In this document: piece by piece, positions 8,169-17,022 of the stretch
How the letters are laid out: the number at the start of each line of letters is the position of its first letter
Position numbering within the stretch: position 1 is the first letter of the stretch
NCBI GenBank assembly: GCA_041486955.1
Contig: JBGPML010000002.1
Location: 1-39,904, forward strand
Direction of reading: 5' to 3'
DNA: 39,904 nucleotides
Source of the DNA: Patescibacteria group bacterium
GTDB lineage: Bacteria; Patescibacteriota; UBA1384; 2-12-FULL-50-11; DASWYB01
Notes under the pieces: model-generated
Told to the model about the DNA's origin: nothing
What the model saw: the letters and a program-made list of their open reading frames with translations, nothing else
The model's database searches: none
Translations under genes and position numbers: made by a program

Positions 8169-8972
8169 CTAGTTAATAAAATCAAAGCTGGGATAGATCT
8201 GTCTGTCAGGCAGTGTTTCCCGGTGAGCTGGTATCTGGTCGGAGGCTACCCAGATCAACTGAAACCAGGTTCGCAAACTATCGGCGATTTGTTTATTAAT
8301 AATCACGGTAAATGAGGCCTCTTCATCGAAATTGATGCCTTCAAGACCGGAAAAAATCACGACATGATCACCAAAGATGTCGATAGTTGATCCGGTTTCG
8401 TATTTTTTGGGTAAAAAGCGATAGTTTTTATCGAAAAGGGCTAAAAATTCACGGTTATGGAGCAGAGAATTGTCGCAAAGTAGGCGAAACTCGATTTTCT
8501 TAGCTTTTGCGTCAATCACAAATTGTTCGAAGTCAGTTTTGAGCTTGGGGTTGCTTAAGGTACCCTTGGCGCCGAGGGTATAAATAGGTTGTCCAACCCG
8601 TAACATATCGTTTAAATAATTCTTCCATCCCTCAATTCCCCGATAGATGTAGACTTCGTTGGCATGCGGCCTGCCGGTATAACGGGCCTGAAGCTGCGGC
8701 ATAATCTTGGCTAAGGCGTGCTCTTTCTCAGCCAGCATTTCTGAAAATTTATTGGGATTAACGGGTTTGTAGTGGTTTTCTTTTGGCCCGCGAATTTCAA
8801 ACACCAGACCTTTTTCGATCAGGCGATTGAGGGAATCATAAACATTGCGTCGATGGACCTTAGACTTGGTTGATATTTCGCCCACGCCAATTTCGCCCTC
8901 GGTTAAGAGAGTTTCGTAAATGCGGGCTTCGTTCTTCGCTAATCCTAATTGAGTAAATACGTCTGTATACAT
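8169..8972 (-). CDS. TrmB-family transcriptional regulator
   Basis: N-terminal winged HTH LGLAKNEARIYETLLTEGEIGVGEISTKSKVHRRNVYDSLNRLIEKGLV plus a TrmB-like C-terminal domain. Confidence 0.8.
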   Translation of the reverse strand: MYTDVFTQLGLAKNEARIYETLLTEGEIGVGEISTKSKVHRRNVYDSLNRLIEKGLVFEIRGPKENHYKPVNPNKFSEMLAEKEHALAKIMPQLQARYTGRPHANEVYIYRGIEGWKNYLNDMLRVGQPIYTLGAKGTLSNPKLKTDFEQFVIDAKAKKIEFRLLCDNSLLHNREFLALFDKNYRFLPKKYETGSTIDIFGDHVVIFSGLEGINFDEEASFTVIINKQIADSLRTWFQLIWVASDQIPAHRETLPDRQIYPSFDFIN

Positions 8973-9060
8973 TATTTTGATACGTGGTGGTATTTGCCAC
9001 TCGTTAATTGTATTTTATCATTTCTTTCGTGTCAATAAGGTTCAGGAGAAAAGGGGACAA

Positions 9061-9327
9061 ATGGACAGAGATCAAACTTGGATCGGACATCAGATCGAAG
9101 TCATGCAATGCGAACTGGAGTTTTTGCAAGGACTCTATGTCTACTACGAAACCTTAACCGTCGAGCAGATTCTCCACGACATTCACCTTCAAATGCAGGC
9201 TAAAGAGCTGCTCCTTCAGATGTGGTTAAGGAAATTACCCGTCGATCAATCGGCTAAGACAGCCAAGAAAGGGGAGGGTGATGGATCCGACGGCGATGAA
9301 AATCCAGATTGTCGGCTGGGAGAGTGA
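9061..9327 (+). CDS. hypothetical small protein (88 aa, helical, acidic C-terminus)
   Basis: ATG preceded by AGGAGAAAAGGGGA. Divergent from the TrmB-like gene. No family recognised. Confidence 0.4.
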   Translation: MDRDQTWIGHQIEVMQCELEFLQGLYVYYETLTVEQILHDIHLQMQAKELLLQMWLRKLPVDQSAKTAKKGEGDGSDGDENPDCRLGE

Positions 9328-9472
9328 GTTGCTTCTCCTTAAAAAGCTCCTGAAGGTTTGCTTGGCGGATGGGATTACTCTTGAGCTCGTTATTGAAGAT
9401 CTCAAGATGAGGATTATCGCAAAAGAGGCTCTTATCTCGGTTGGTCAACGCCATATCGGTGCAGAGCCATGA
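9281..9472 (+). CDS. hypothetical small protein (63 aa), overlaps the previous ORF
   Basis: GGGGAGG just upstream of GTG 9278 / ATG 9281 (short spacing). Leucine-rich helical sequence. Stop TGA overlaps the next ATG. Confidence 0.35.
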   Translation: MDPTAMKIQIVGWESELLLLKKLLKVCLADGITLELVIEDLKMRIIAKEALISVGQRHIGAEP

Positions 9473-9540
9473 CCCAGATGATCGCTCTCTTCGTCTATGC
9501 CGTTATAGCGTGGGTTATCTGGGTAGCGGCCAGTCAATAA
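9469..9540 (+). CDS. possible 23-aa hydrophobic peptide (MTQMIALFVYAVIAWVIWVAASQ)
   Basis: ATGA start/stop overlap with the preceding ORF. A single TM-like stretch. Followed by a strong terminator. Confidence 0.25.
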   Translation: MTQMIALFVYAVIAWVIWVAASQ

Positions 9541-9563
9541 TGAACAAGTATTTGTTATAGCTG

Positions 9564-9593
9564 AACCGTCCTCGATATGAGGGCGGTTTTTTC
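9564..9593 (+). terminator. rho-independent terminator
   Basis: 10-bp stem aaccgtcctc / gagggcggtt (one G-U), 5-nt loop, then a T6 tract. Confidence 0.7.
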
Positions 9594-9622
9594 TTGCCTT
9601 TTCAGGTTGGATTAGCTACAAT
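9594..9622 (+). promoter_or_regulatory. sigma70-like promoter TTGCCT-17-TACAAT; -10 ends 8 nt before the gatC ATG (leaderless-type)
   Basis: Hexamers and spacing read directly. No SD before ATG 9631. Confidence 0.45.
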
Positions 9623-9630
9623 CTGGGTAA

Positions 9631-9912
9631 ATGAACTCCTTAAGCCCTGAAGAAATTGGACACCTCGCCACGCTTAGTCGTCTGTCCTTAACCGAGGAAG
9701 AATCGACACATTTTGCTGAACAGTTAGGCTCAATTCTTGAGTACGCGTCTCATTTGCCTGAGATGGATGTGACGCCCGACCCAAGTCATCTTCGGGTAGA
9801 GGAGGATATCGCCCAACCTTGTGACAACCCGCATGATTTACTCCGCAATGCCATCGCTCTGGAAAACGGCTACGTTAAAGTACCGGCGATATTGGATAAA
9901 AGTGAATCATGA
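9631..9912 (+). CDS. gatC: Asp/Glu-tRNA amidotransferase subunit C
   Basis: HLATLSRLSLTEEE...L..IL.Y pattern, ~93 aa, 4-nt overlap with gatA. Confidence 0.9.
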   Translation: MNSLSPEEIGHLATLSRLSLTEEESTHFAEQLGSILEYASHLPEMDVTPDPSHLRVEEDIAQPCDNPHDLLRNAIALENGYVKVPAILDKSES

Positions 9913-11309
9913 GTGATGTGACGAAAATTTTAGATGAGCTAGCCGCTGGATCGGTAACCAGCGAATCATTGGTGATCCAATGCTTTCAAACGATCAAGTC
10001 AAAAAATGACGATATTTTTGCTTTTGTCCGAACCTATGAAGACGAAGCGATGGCAGCGGCAAAAGCCAGCGATGCTCGACGTAATGAGGGGAAACCACTC
10101 AGCCGAATTGATGGGCTGCCAATAGCGATTAAAGACAATTTTTCTTATCAAGATCATGTTACGAGCTCTGGTAGCAATATATTAAAAAACTATGAAGCAC
10201 CGTTTGATGCGACAGTAGTTGCTAAACTTAAAGAAGCGGGAGCCGACATTATTGGCCAAACCAATATGGACGAATTCGCCATGGGCTCAAGTACGGAAAA
10301 TAGCGCTTTTGGAGTTACCAAGAATCCCTTTGACGCAACGCGAGTTGCTGGTGGCTCAAGTGGCGGGGCCGCGGCCGCCGTAGCAACCGACATGGCTCCA
10401 CTCAGCTTTGGTAGCGACACCGGCGGGTCCATTCGTCAGCCGGCCGCGTTTTGCGGTGTTGTTGGGTTAAAACCAACCTATGGTGCGGTCAGCCGTTATG
10501 GCTTACATGCGTTAGCCTCTTCCCTCGATCAAATTGGCCCGTTAGCTTCGTCGGTCGATGGAGTTGAGATTGGTTATGAGGCAATACAAGGGTTTGATCC
10601 ACTTGATAGTACCTCGAAGAAAGCTGAATCAGTACCTGTCAAAGAGCACTATACAATAGGTGTGCCGAAGCAGTTCATGGCCGAGGGAACTGATTCGAGG
10701 ATTCTTAACGCGCTCAATAAAACCTTGGATAAGCTGGAAGCCGCCGGGCATACCATCAAACGTGATATTGATCTGCAGATACTCGAGCAATCAGTGGCAA
10801 TTTACTATATTATTCTGCCGGCTGAAGCCAGTGCCAACCTGGCCCGTTATGATGGTATTCGCTTCGGCTCGCACGGAAATGATGTTATTGACTCGAGAAG
10901 CCAGGGATTTGGCCCAGAAGTAAAACGACGAATAATGTTAGGAACTTACGCCTTATCGGCTGGCTATGCTGACAAATTTTACAAGCGAGCTCAATCGGCG
11001 CGGGCAAAATTAACTCAAGAGCTACTCGAAGTCCTTGAGTCAGTTGATGTATTGATCGGGCCGGTTGTGCCGGAATTGCCGTTCAAAATTGGCGCCAAGC
11101 AGAGCGATCCGTTAGCTATGTATCTGTCGGACATTTATACTATTCCGGTCAATTTAGCCGGCTTACCTGGTTTAACGATGCCTGTTACAACCACCGAAGA
11201 AGACGGCGTACAACTGCCAATCGCATTACAAATCATCGGCCGTCCCTGGAGTGAAAAACAACTCTTCTCGGTCGGTCGTATCATAGAGCATAATAAAGGA
11301 GCTTCATGA
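9909..11309 (+). CDS. gatA: Asp/Glu-tRNA amidotransferase subunit A
   Basis: Amidase signature GGSSGGAAAAVA and GSDTGGSIRQPAAFCGVVGLKPTYG. Confidence 0.95.
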   Translation: MSDVTKILDELAAGSVTSESLVIQCFQTIKSKNDDIFAFVRTYEDEAMAAAKASDARRNEGKPLSRIDGLPIAIKDNFSYQDHVTSSGSNILKNYEAPFDATVVAKLKEAGADIIGQTNMDEFAMGSSTENSAFGVTKNPFDATRVAGGSSGGAAAAVATDMAPLSFGSDTGGSIRQPAAFCGVVGLKPTYGAVSRYGLHALASSLDQIGPLASSVDGVEIGYEAIQGFDPLDSTSKKAESVPVKEHYTIGVPKQFMAEGTDSRILNALNKTLDKLEAAGHTIKRDIDLQILEQSVAIYYIILPAEASANLARYDGIRFGSHGNDVIDSRSQGFGPEVKRRIMLGTYALSAGYADKFYKRAQSARAKLTQELLEVLESVDVLIGPVVPELPFKIGAKQSDPLAMYLSDIYTIPVNLAGLPGLTMPVTTTEEDGVQLPIALQIIGRPWSEKQLFSVGRIIEHNKGAS

Positions 11310-11914
11310 GTCGAGGGATAGTAAACCAATTCGTTGCTTTAATTGTTTTAATCGGCGTATTAATCGTAGGAGCAAAACTTATGGGAAATAATAGTAATTC
11401 AACCGCTAAAACGGCTCCCGCCGCTAATAGTTCGCCAGCGCCGGGTGATAACGTGGTTATTGCCACCGATAAGGGTGATATTCATCTTGAATTGTACACA
11501 AAAGATGCGCCTAAAACCGTCGATAATTTTGAAAAATTGGCCGATCGAGGCTACTACAACGGGGTTATTTTTCACCGGGTGATTAAGGACTTTATGATTC
11601 AAACCGGCGATCCAACAGGTACGGGGCGTGGGGGCGATAGTGCCAATGGGGGCGATTTTGCTGACGAAATTAACAGCCATAAGATTGAAGTTGGCACAGT
11701 GGCTATGGCTAACAGAGGACCAAACACCAATGGATCACAATTCTTCATCGTCACCGAGCAATCCCAACCAAGTCTCGATGGGCATTATACGGTTTTTGGC
11801 CATGTGACGGACGGAATAGATGTGGTCCGCGAAATTGCGGCTGTGCCAACCGATTCTAACGATAAACCAACTGAAGACGTTAAGATGAAAACAGTTACAA
11901 TCGAAAAGAAATAA
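11306..11914 (+). CDS. cyclophilin-type peptidyl-prolyl cis-trans isomerase with N-terminal membrane anchor
   Basis: FHRVIKDFMIQTGDPTGTGRGG and MANRGPNTNGSQFFI blocks. N-terminal TM. Overlaps the gatA stop. Confidence 0.9.
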   Translation: MSRGIVNQFVALIVLIGVLIVGAKLMGNNSNSTAKTAPAANSSPAPGDNVVIATDKGDIHLELYTKDAPKTVDNFEKLADRGYYNGVIFHRVIKDFMIQTGDPTGTGRGGDSANGGDFADEINSHKIEVGTVAMANRGPNTNGSQFFIVTEQSQPSLDGHYTVFGHVTDGIDVVREIAAVPTDSNDKPTEDVKMKTVTIEKK

Positions 11915-11922
11915 GTGAGCAT

Positions 11923-12408
11923 ATGAGCCAGCAGTATGGAAGCTATAAGAAGCCGAAGCAGGACCCGATTGAAGTTCGGATTGTTTTAGGTTTATTCCGT
12001 GGTTTATGGTGGCTCATTACCTGGCCTTTTCGTGGATTTAGCCTGGGACAAATGAAAGGTCGAAAAGCGACATCCCTCGACACGCAATCGGTTGCAAAAC
12101 GTTGGTCGGATATTCAAACTTCTATTGGTCTCGGTGGCACGACCCACTTCGGTTCGGCTGTTGTCGCGGCTGACAAACTATTGGACCATGTTTTAAAACA
12201 GAAGGGCTATGCTGGAGAGACCATGGGTGAGCGGCTTAAAGCGTCCCAAGATGATGTTTCGCCTGCGGTGTATCATAATACCTGGCAGGCTCATAAGCTC
12301 CGTAATCAGCTCGTTCATGAAATCGAGAGTGAGGTTTTGAGTTATCAGGCCAAAGAGGCGATTTCGAGTTATGAACAAATGCTGAAGGAGTTGGGAGCAT
12401 TAAGATGA
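11923..12408 (+). CDS. hypothetical protein with hydrophobic N-terminus and HEPN-like (DUF4145-like) C-terminal region
   Basis: Rx4H motif in AHKLRNQLVHE within a helical C-terminal half. Translationally coupled to gatB (overlap 12405-12408). Family assignment is from memory. Confidence 0.55.
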   Translation: MSQQYGSYKKPKQDPIEVRIVLGLFRGLWWLITWPFRGFSLGQMKGRKATSLDTQSVAKRWSDIQTSIGLGGTTHFGSAVVAADKLLDHVLKQKGYAGETMGERLKASQDDVSPAVYHNTWQAHKLRNQLVHEIESEVLSYQAKEAISSYEQMLKELGALR

Positions 12409-13829
12409 GTGAATACATACCAATCATTGGCCTGGAGATTCATGCCGAACTCAAAACAAACTCAAAACTCTTTTGTCGTTGTCCCAATACCTCGAGCGAT
12501 TTAAATACTCCTCCGAACACGGCCATTTGTCCGGTTTGTGTCGGATTACCCGGGGCTTTACCAGTCTTGAATAAGCAGGCAGTCGCTTCAACGATAAAAC
12601 TTGGCCGATCACTCGGGTCGACGATTCCGCCAACCACCAAATGGGATCGTAAAAATTACTTTTATCCAGATTTACCTAAAGGCTATCAAATCAGCCAGTA
12701 CGATCAGCCATTATGCCTGGGTGGAATGCTTTCTTGGTACGACCGAACAGGCACCGAACATTCCGTTGCCTTGACACGCATTCATCTGGAAGAAGACACG
12801 GGAAAACTGGTTCATCCCGAACAAAAACCGTACTCGCTGATTGATTATAACCGGTCGAGTGTGCCACTTTTAGAACTGGTGACGGAACCAGTCATTTCTT
12901 CGGCGGAAGAAGCCCGTCAGTTTGCTGAAGAGTATCAACACCACTTGCGTGAATTAGGTATTGCCGAGGCGAGCATGGAAAAAGGTCAAATGCGTTGTGA
13001 GGCTAATATCTCGGTTGTGACTGAGTCTGAGGCAGCCGATCCCGGGCGACGGTTAAGTGGGACTAAAATTGAAGTAAAAAACCTCAATTCTTTTCGATCA
13101 CTCGAACGAGCGATTAATTTTGAGATAAAGCGTCAATCGGAAGCTTTGAATCAAGAGGATCGGTTACGTCAAGAGACGCGGGGTTGGCGTGAGGTCAAAG
13201 GAGAAACCTACAGTATGCGCGCCAAAGAGACGGCTGACGATTATCGCTATTTCCCCGAGCCTGATCTTGGACAGCTTGATTTGGATCGGGCGGAAAAGAA
13301 CGATCAAGACGGAGTGTCCCGACAAGCGGTTATAGCCCAGCTGCTTAAGGCTCAAGCTAATCCGAATTTTGTTCATATCGTTACTGATGATCCCAGGCGC
13401 TGGAGTTATATAAAACTACTCCTCAGCGACCCGAACATACACGATGAAAGTATAGCTTTATCGGTGCAATGGTTGAGTCAAGACCCGAACATTGTTCGTT
13501 TTGAACCGCAAGAAATAGTGGCAGTCATGACTGAATTATCTGCTGGGAACATTCGTACCGCGGCTCTCAAAGCCGCTCTTGCCAGTGCTGATCGGGGAGG
13601 GCTAAAGGAAGCTCTTGATCAATCACAATCTGGAGCGAGCGATATTGACTTAGGATCAGTTGTTCGTTCGGTTTTAGCCGAACATACTTCGGAGGTTGTT
13701 CGGTATAGATCTGGCGAGGTTCAATTGTTCGGGTTCTTCGTGGGGAATGTTCGTAAAATTATCGGGTACAAGGCTGATCCATCTGATATTACCGAGATCC
13801 TTAAACGTCAACTCGATCAGGCTAAGTAA
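12405..13829 (+). CDS. gatB: Asp/Glu-tRNA amidotransferase subunit B
   Basis: IGLEIHAELKT.SKLFC, CPVCVGLPGALPVLN, RIHLEEDTGK, DYNRS.VPLLE, MRCEANISV blocks. Confidence 0.95.
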   Translation: MSEYIPIIGLEIHAELKTNSKLFCRCPNTSSDLNTPPNTAICPVCVGLPGALPVLNKQAVASTIKLGRSLGSTIPPTTKWDRKNYFYPDLPKGYQISQYDQPLCLGGMLSWYDRTGTEHSVALTRIHLEEDTGKLVHPEQKPYSLIDYNRSSVPLLELVTEPVISSAEEARQFAEEYQHHLRELGIAEASMEKGQMRCEANISVVTESEAADPGRRLSGTKIEVKNLNSFRSLERAINFEIKRQSEALNQEDRLRQETRGWREVKGETYSMRAKETADDYRYFPEPDLGQLDLDRAEKNDQDGVSRQAVIAQLLKAQANPNFVHIVTDDPRRWSYIKLLLSDPNIHDESIALSVQWLSQDPNIVRFEPQEIVAVMTELSAGNIRTAALKAALASADRGGLKEALDQSQSGASDIDLGSVVRSVLAEHTSEVVRYRSGEVQLFGFFVGNVRKIIGYKADPSDITEILKRQLDQAK

Positions 13830-13869
13830 CCGAAAGAAACCCGAACATACTTTAGGAGGGTATTCATTG

Positions 13870-14256
13870 ATGAATGGTGGAACGATCATATTCGTCGGGC
13901 AAATAAGTCGAGAAGCCGAGCTGTTGCTTGCTCGTTTGAAGCATGAAGAATTTGAAGTGGTAACGGTACCTCATGCGGCGGGGTTAAGCAAGGCAATAAA
14001 ATTAGGGGGCATTCAAGCGATACTCGTTTCCAATCGCCTCAATAAACGTCAGGTGCGAGGTGTTATTCAGACCAAACGAGCAAACAACCGAACACGCTTT
14101 ATTCCAGTGATTATTATCGCCGAATATGACGAGCCGACTGAATTGCAAAAAGTCCTCGGAGTTGGTGAAATTTTCCGCCTGCATATTATACCGCTTCGTG
14201 ATGCAGTAGAACGGCTCAAATTGGCGATAAAACTGTGCCAATTGTCGGCAGGTTAG
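13870..14256 (+). CDS. stand-alone CheY-like receiver-fold protein with degenerate phospho-acceptor pocket
   Basis: SD AGGAGGG precedes ATG 13870. Alpha/beta receiver-like pattern, but IIFVGQIS replaces the acidic DD pair and ILVSNRL has Asn where the acceptor Asp is expected. Confidence 0.55.
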   Translation: MNGGTIIFVGQISREAELLLARLKHEEFEVVTVPHAAGLSKAIKLGGIQAILVSNRLNKRQVRGVIQTKRANNRTRFIPVIIIAEYDEPTELQKVLGVGEIFRLHIIPLRDAVERLKLAIKLCQLSAG

Positions 14257-14326
14257 GAAATAGATTGGAACTCGTTTGCGGAAATTCACATTCCAACGGC
14301 AATAATTTTATGGCATAATAGATGAA

Positions 14327-14845
14327 GTGACCATCAATAATTTTGTTTCACTTACCCATATAGAACGTTTCTTAGTCCGGTTTCCTAATGCCGTTTTGAC
14401 ATTACTTATTGGGTTTCTCTTTTTGCGTTTACTCCAGTGGGGCCTCGAGGTCGCTCTTCGTGCGGCTCGCGTGACGAAGCCAATGCAGGATATCCTTGTT
14501 TCAATGAGTTCGGCTGTCTTATGGATAGCCCTATTTGCCTTAGTCTTTCAGAGCATTGGTTTAAATCAAATTGCCATTGCCCTAACCAGCTCAGTTGCGG
14601 TGATCGGACTTGGCATTGCCACAGGTGCGAACAAATTAGTGTCGGATGTCGTAGCGGGGGTGTTTTTAGCCCGTAATCGCGATTTTAAAATAGGGCAACA
14701 TATCAAGATTGATCAAGTTGAGGGGGAGATTTATTCACTCGATAGCCGAAAAGTTCGCATAACAGGCAAGGATGGTCAACTCTATGTCATACCCAATACG
14801 AAATTTGACGAACAGGTTTGGGAAGTGAAGGAGACAAAAACATGA
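14327..14845 (+). CDS. small MscS-family mechanosensitive channel protein
   Basis: Three N-terminal TM helices, then FKIGQHIKIDQVEGEIYSLDSRKVRITGKDGQLYVIPN, typical of the MscS beta domain. GTG start preceded by TGgCATAAT 7 nt upstream. Confidence 0.75.
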   Translation: MTINNFVSLTHIERFLVRFPNAVLTLLIGFLFLRLLQWGLEVALRAARVTKPMQDILVSMSSAVLWIALFALVFQSIGLNQIAIALTSSVAVIGLGIATGANKLVSDVVAGVFLARNRDFKIGQHIKIDQVEGEIYSLDSRKVRITGKDGQLYVIPNTKFDEQVWEVKETKT

Positions 14846-14857
14846 GGAGATTTTGCT

Positions 14858-16018
14858 ATGGTCTCTAAATCGTTCGATTTTGAAAAACAAAAAATACTTG
14901 CGATTGGACTAGCTTCCGGCCTCTTAGCGGGAGTAGTTGGCGGTGCGGCCACAATTTTAGCTCTCTCGGTTCTTCATATTCCAGGACTTTCGCAAAAAGC
15001 CGAACAGCTATTATCAAATACAACACCTAACAAAGAAAAAATTGTCCTTGAGGAAAGCTCAGCGATCATTGATTCAGTTAAAAAAGTCAGCCCTTCGGTA
15101 GTGAGCATTACGACAAGTCGCAATGTCCAAGACTTCTTAACCGGCCAAGCGATTGAAGAAAAAGGTGGGGGAACCGGTTTTATCATCACATCCGATGGCT
15201 TAATTGTTACGAACAAGCACGTTGTCGAGAATGCTGATGCGAAATACAGCGTCTTAACCTCCGACGGTAAAACCTATGATGCAAAAATTGTTTCTCGCGA
15301 CACATATAATGACTTGGCAGTGTTACGCATTGACGCCAAGGGATTAAAACCAGTTGAGCTAGGTGACGCTAATGCTCTCAATGTTGGGCAGTGGGTGATT
15401 GCGATTGGCAATGCGCTCGGGGAGTTTCAAAATACGGTCACTGTCGGTGTCGTTTCGGCCAAGGAGCGACAAATTACTGCCGGAACCAACGGAGCTACCG
15501 AAACCCTTGATGGCTTGATTCAAACTGACGCAGCGATCAATCCGGGAAACTCGGGGGGACCACTTATTAATTTAGCCGGGCAAGTTGTCGGTATTAACAC
15601 AGCAATCGCCGGTGGCGCAGAGGGAATTGGGTTTGCGATTAGCATTGATTCAGTTAAAACCGCTCTCGATTCAGTCCAGCGAACCGGAAAAATTGTCCGT
15701 CCCTATCTCGGTGTACGCTACTTATCAATTAACAAAGAAATTGCGAGGTCAGCGAGTCTGCCGGTTGAAAAAGGTGCCTTGGTCTATCGCGGGCCGAATC
15801 CATCAGACGTGCCGGTTGTTCCTGGAAGCCCCGCCGATAAAGCCGGTATTCAAGAAAACGACATTATAACCAAGATTAATGGCCAAGAGTTGAATGAAAA
15901 TACCAGTCTCGTCAGTATTTTACAGAAATTTAAACCAGGCGATACGATTGTTTTGACTATCCTGCGTAAAGGTGAAGAAATCAAAGTTAACGTTACTCTC
16001 GAAGAGCAAAAGCAGTAA
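14858..16018 (+). CDS. htrA: HtrA/DegP-family serine protease with one PDZ domain
   Basis: Triad contexts TNKHVV, YNDLAVLRI, GNSGGPLIN. C-terminal PDZ GSPADKAGIQENDIITKINGQ. N-terminal TM. Confidence 0.9.
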   Translation: MVSKSFDFEKQKILAIGLASGLLAGVVGGAATILALSVLHIPGLSQKAEQLLSNTTPNKEKIVLEESSAIIDSVKKVSPSVVSITTSRNVQDFLTGQAIEEKGGGTGFIITSDGLIVTNKHVVENADAKYSVLTSDGKTYDAKIVSRDTYNDLAVLRIDAKGLKPVELGDANALNVGQWVIAIGNALGEFQNTVTVGVVSAKERQITAGTNGATETLDGLIQTDAAINPGNSGGPLINLAGQVVGINTAIAGGAEGIGFAISIDSVKTALDSVQRTGKIVRPYLGVRYLSINKEIARSASLPVEKGALVYRGPNPSDVPVVPGSPADKAGIQENDIITKINGQELNENTSLVSILQKFKPGDTIVLTILRKGEEIKVNVTLEEQKQ

Positions 16019-16047
16019 CAAAAGAAAGCCTCCGATGACATGGAGGC
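16018..16047 (-). terminator. hairpin gcctcc-N8-ggaggc with a T-rich tract on the minus strand (ends the prfA-prmC unit; may also serve htrA)
   Basis: On the minus strand the stem is followed by tttctttt. Located between convergent htrA and prmC. Confidence 0.5.
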
Positions 16048-16131
16048 AGGAACAAGACTAAGAATTAAAGCGTAATAAGAAAGCTGGCCTAACCATAGTC
16101 GGTTTGTTATTGGATTGCAATGGTCAGACTT

Positions 16132-17022
16132 TTAGGTCAGAAGGCTTGGTTGTTGATCGTTTCTTAAATTAATAGAAAGAATTCGGTCGTGACCGAGATA
16201 ATCTTTAAGGGTATTTATATCCGCCCCAGGAAAAAAAGGATAGGCTAAATTTCGCATTTCTTGACCTTGATCATAATCGTGTTCAAAGAGGATGAATCCG
16301 TCCGGAGCAATCAATTCTTTCGCCTGAGGTAAAAAGCGCCGATAAATATCTAACCCGTCCCTCCCACCATTAAGCGCAAGGTCAGGTTCGAAATACTTAA
16401 CATCTGGGTCAAGCAATTTGAGTAATCCAACGGGAATATAGGGCAGATTAGCCGTTAAGAGATTAATCTTTTTGACATAATCAGCTTCAATGAGTGGAGT
16501 GGCGAGATCGCCCTCCAGAAAAGTAACGTCAACATCGTAATTTTCAGCGTTCGACCGGGCAAGGTCTAACGCTGCCGCGCTATTGTCCGTGGCAATAAAA
16601 TGGTGCTGCGGGGCGTGTTTCGCTAACGCAATAGTAATTGCGCCGCTTCCAGTTCCGATTTCAGCTGCTACCTGAGGGTGCGGGTGCTGCTCCAACCAAT
16701 TAAGAGCGGCTTCGACTAAAATTTCACTTTCCGGGCGGGGAATTAAAGCCCGCGCGTCAGTTTTTAAGGTCAAGCCGTAAAATTCTTTCACCCCCAAAAT
16801 AAAGGCCATTGGTTCATTTTCGAGCCGACGAGCCAGAAGTTGATCGGCCTTTTCAATCACTTCATGGGAGAGCTCTTTTCTCGGGTGGCTTATAAGATAA
16901 ACCCGATCTTGGTTTAAGGCGTGAGCCAAGATAAGTTCAGCATCGATTGCATAGCTCGTAATACCTGCTGCCTCAAGAGCCTGTGAGGCCTTATTCCGCC
17001 ACTGTTTGATGGTTGATTTCAT
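16132..17022 (-). CDS. prmC: release-factor glutamine N5-methyltransferase PrmC (HemK)
   Basis: SAM motif EIGTGSGAI, catalytic NLPY (NPPY variant). Start taken at MKSTIKQW, overlapping the prfA 3' end by 32 nt. Confidence 0.85.
   Translation of the reverse strand: MKSTIKQWRNKASQALEAAGITSYAIDAELILAHALNQDRVYLISHPRKELSHEVIEKADQLLARRLENEPMAFILGVKEFYGLTLKTDARALIPRPESEILVEAALNWLEQHPHPQVAAEIGTGSGAITIALAKHAPQHHFIATDNSAAALDLARSNAENYDVDVTFLEGDLATPLIEADYVKKINLLTANLPYIPVGLLKLLDPDVKYFEPDLALNGGRDGLDIYRRFLPQAKELIAPDGFILFEHDYDQGQEMRNLAYPFFPGADINTLKDYLGHDRILSINLRNDQQPSLLT

Noticed and set aside
9910-9912. Possibility of UGA recoding (code 25/4), as in some CPR lineages
   Set aside because: TGA terminates several well-defined genes at the expected length (gatC 9910-9912, gatA 11307-11309, the mscS-like gene 14843-14845). 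Conserved proteins contain no in-frame TGA.
13696-13869. Long N-terminal extension of the receiver-like ORF (track start 13696)
   Set aside because: The extension overlaps the 3' end of gatB in another frame. A strong SD (AGGAGGG) precedes the internal ATG at 13870, which was used instead.
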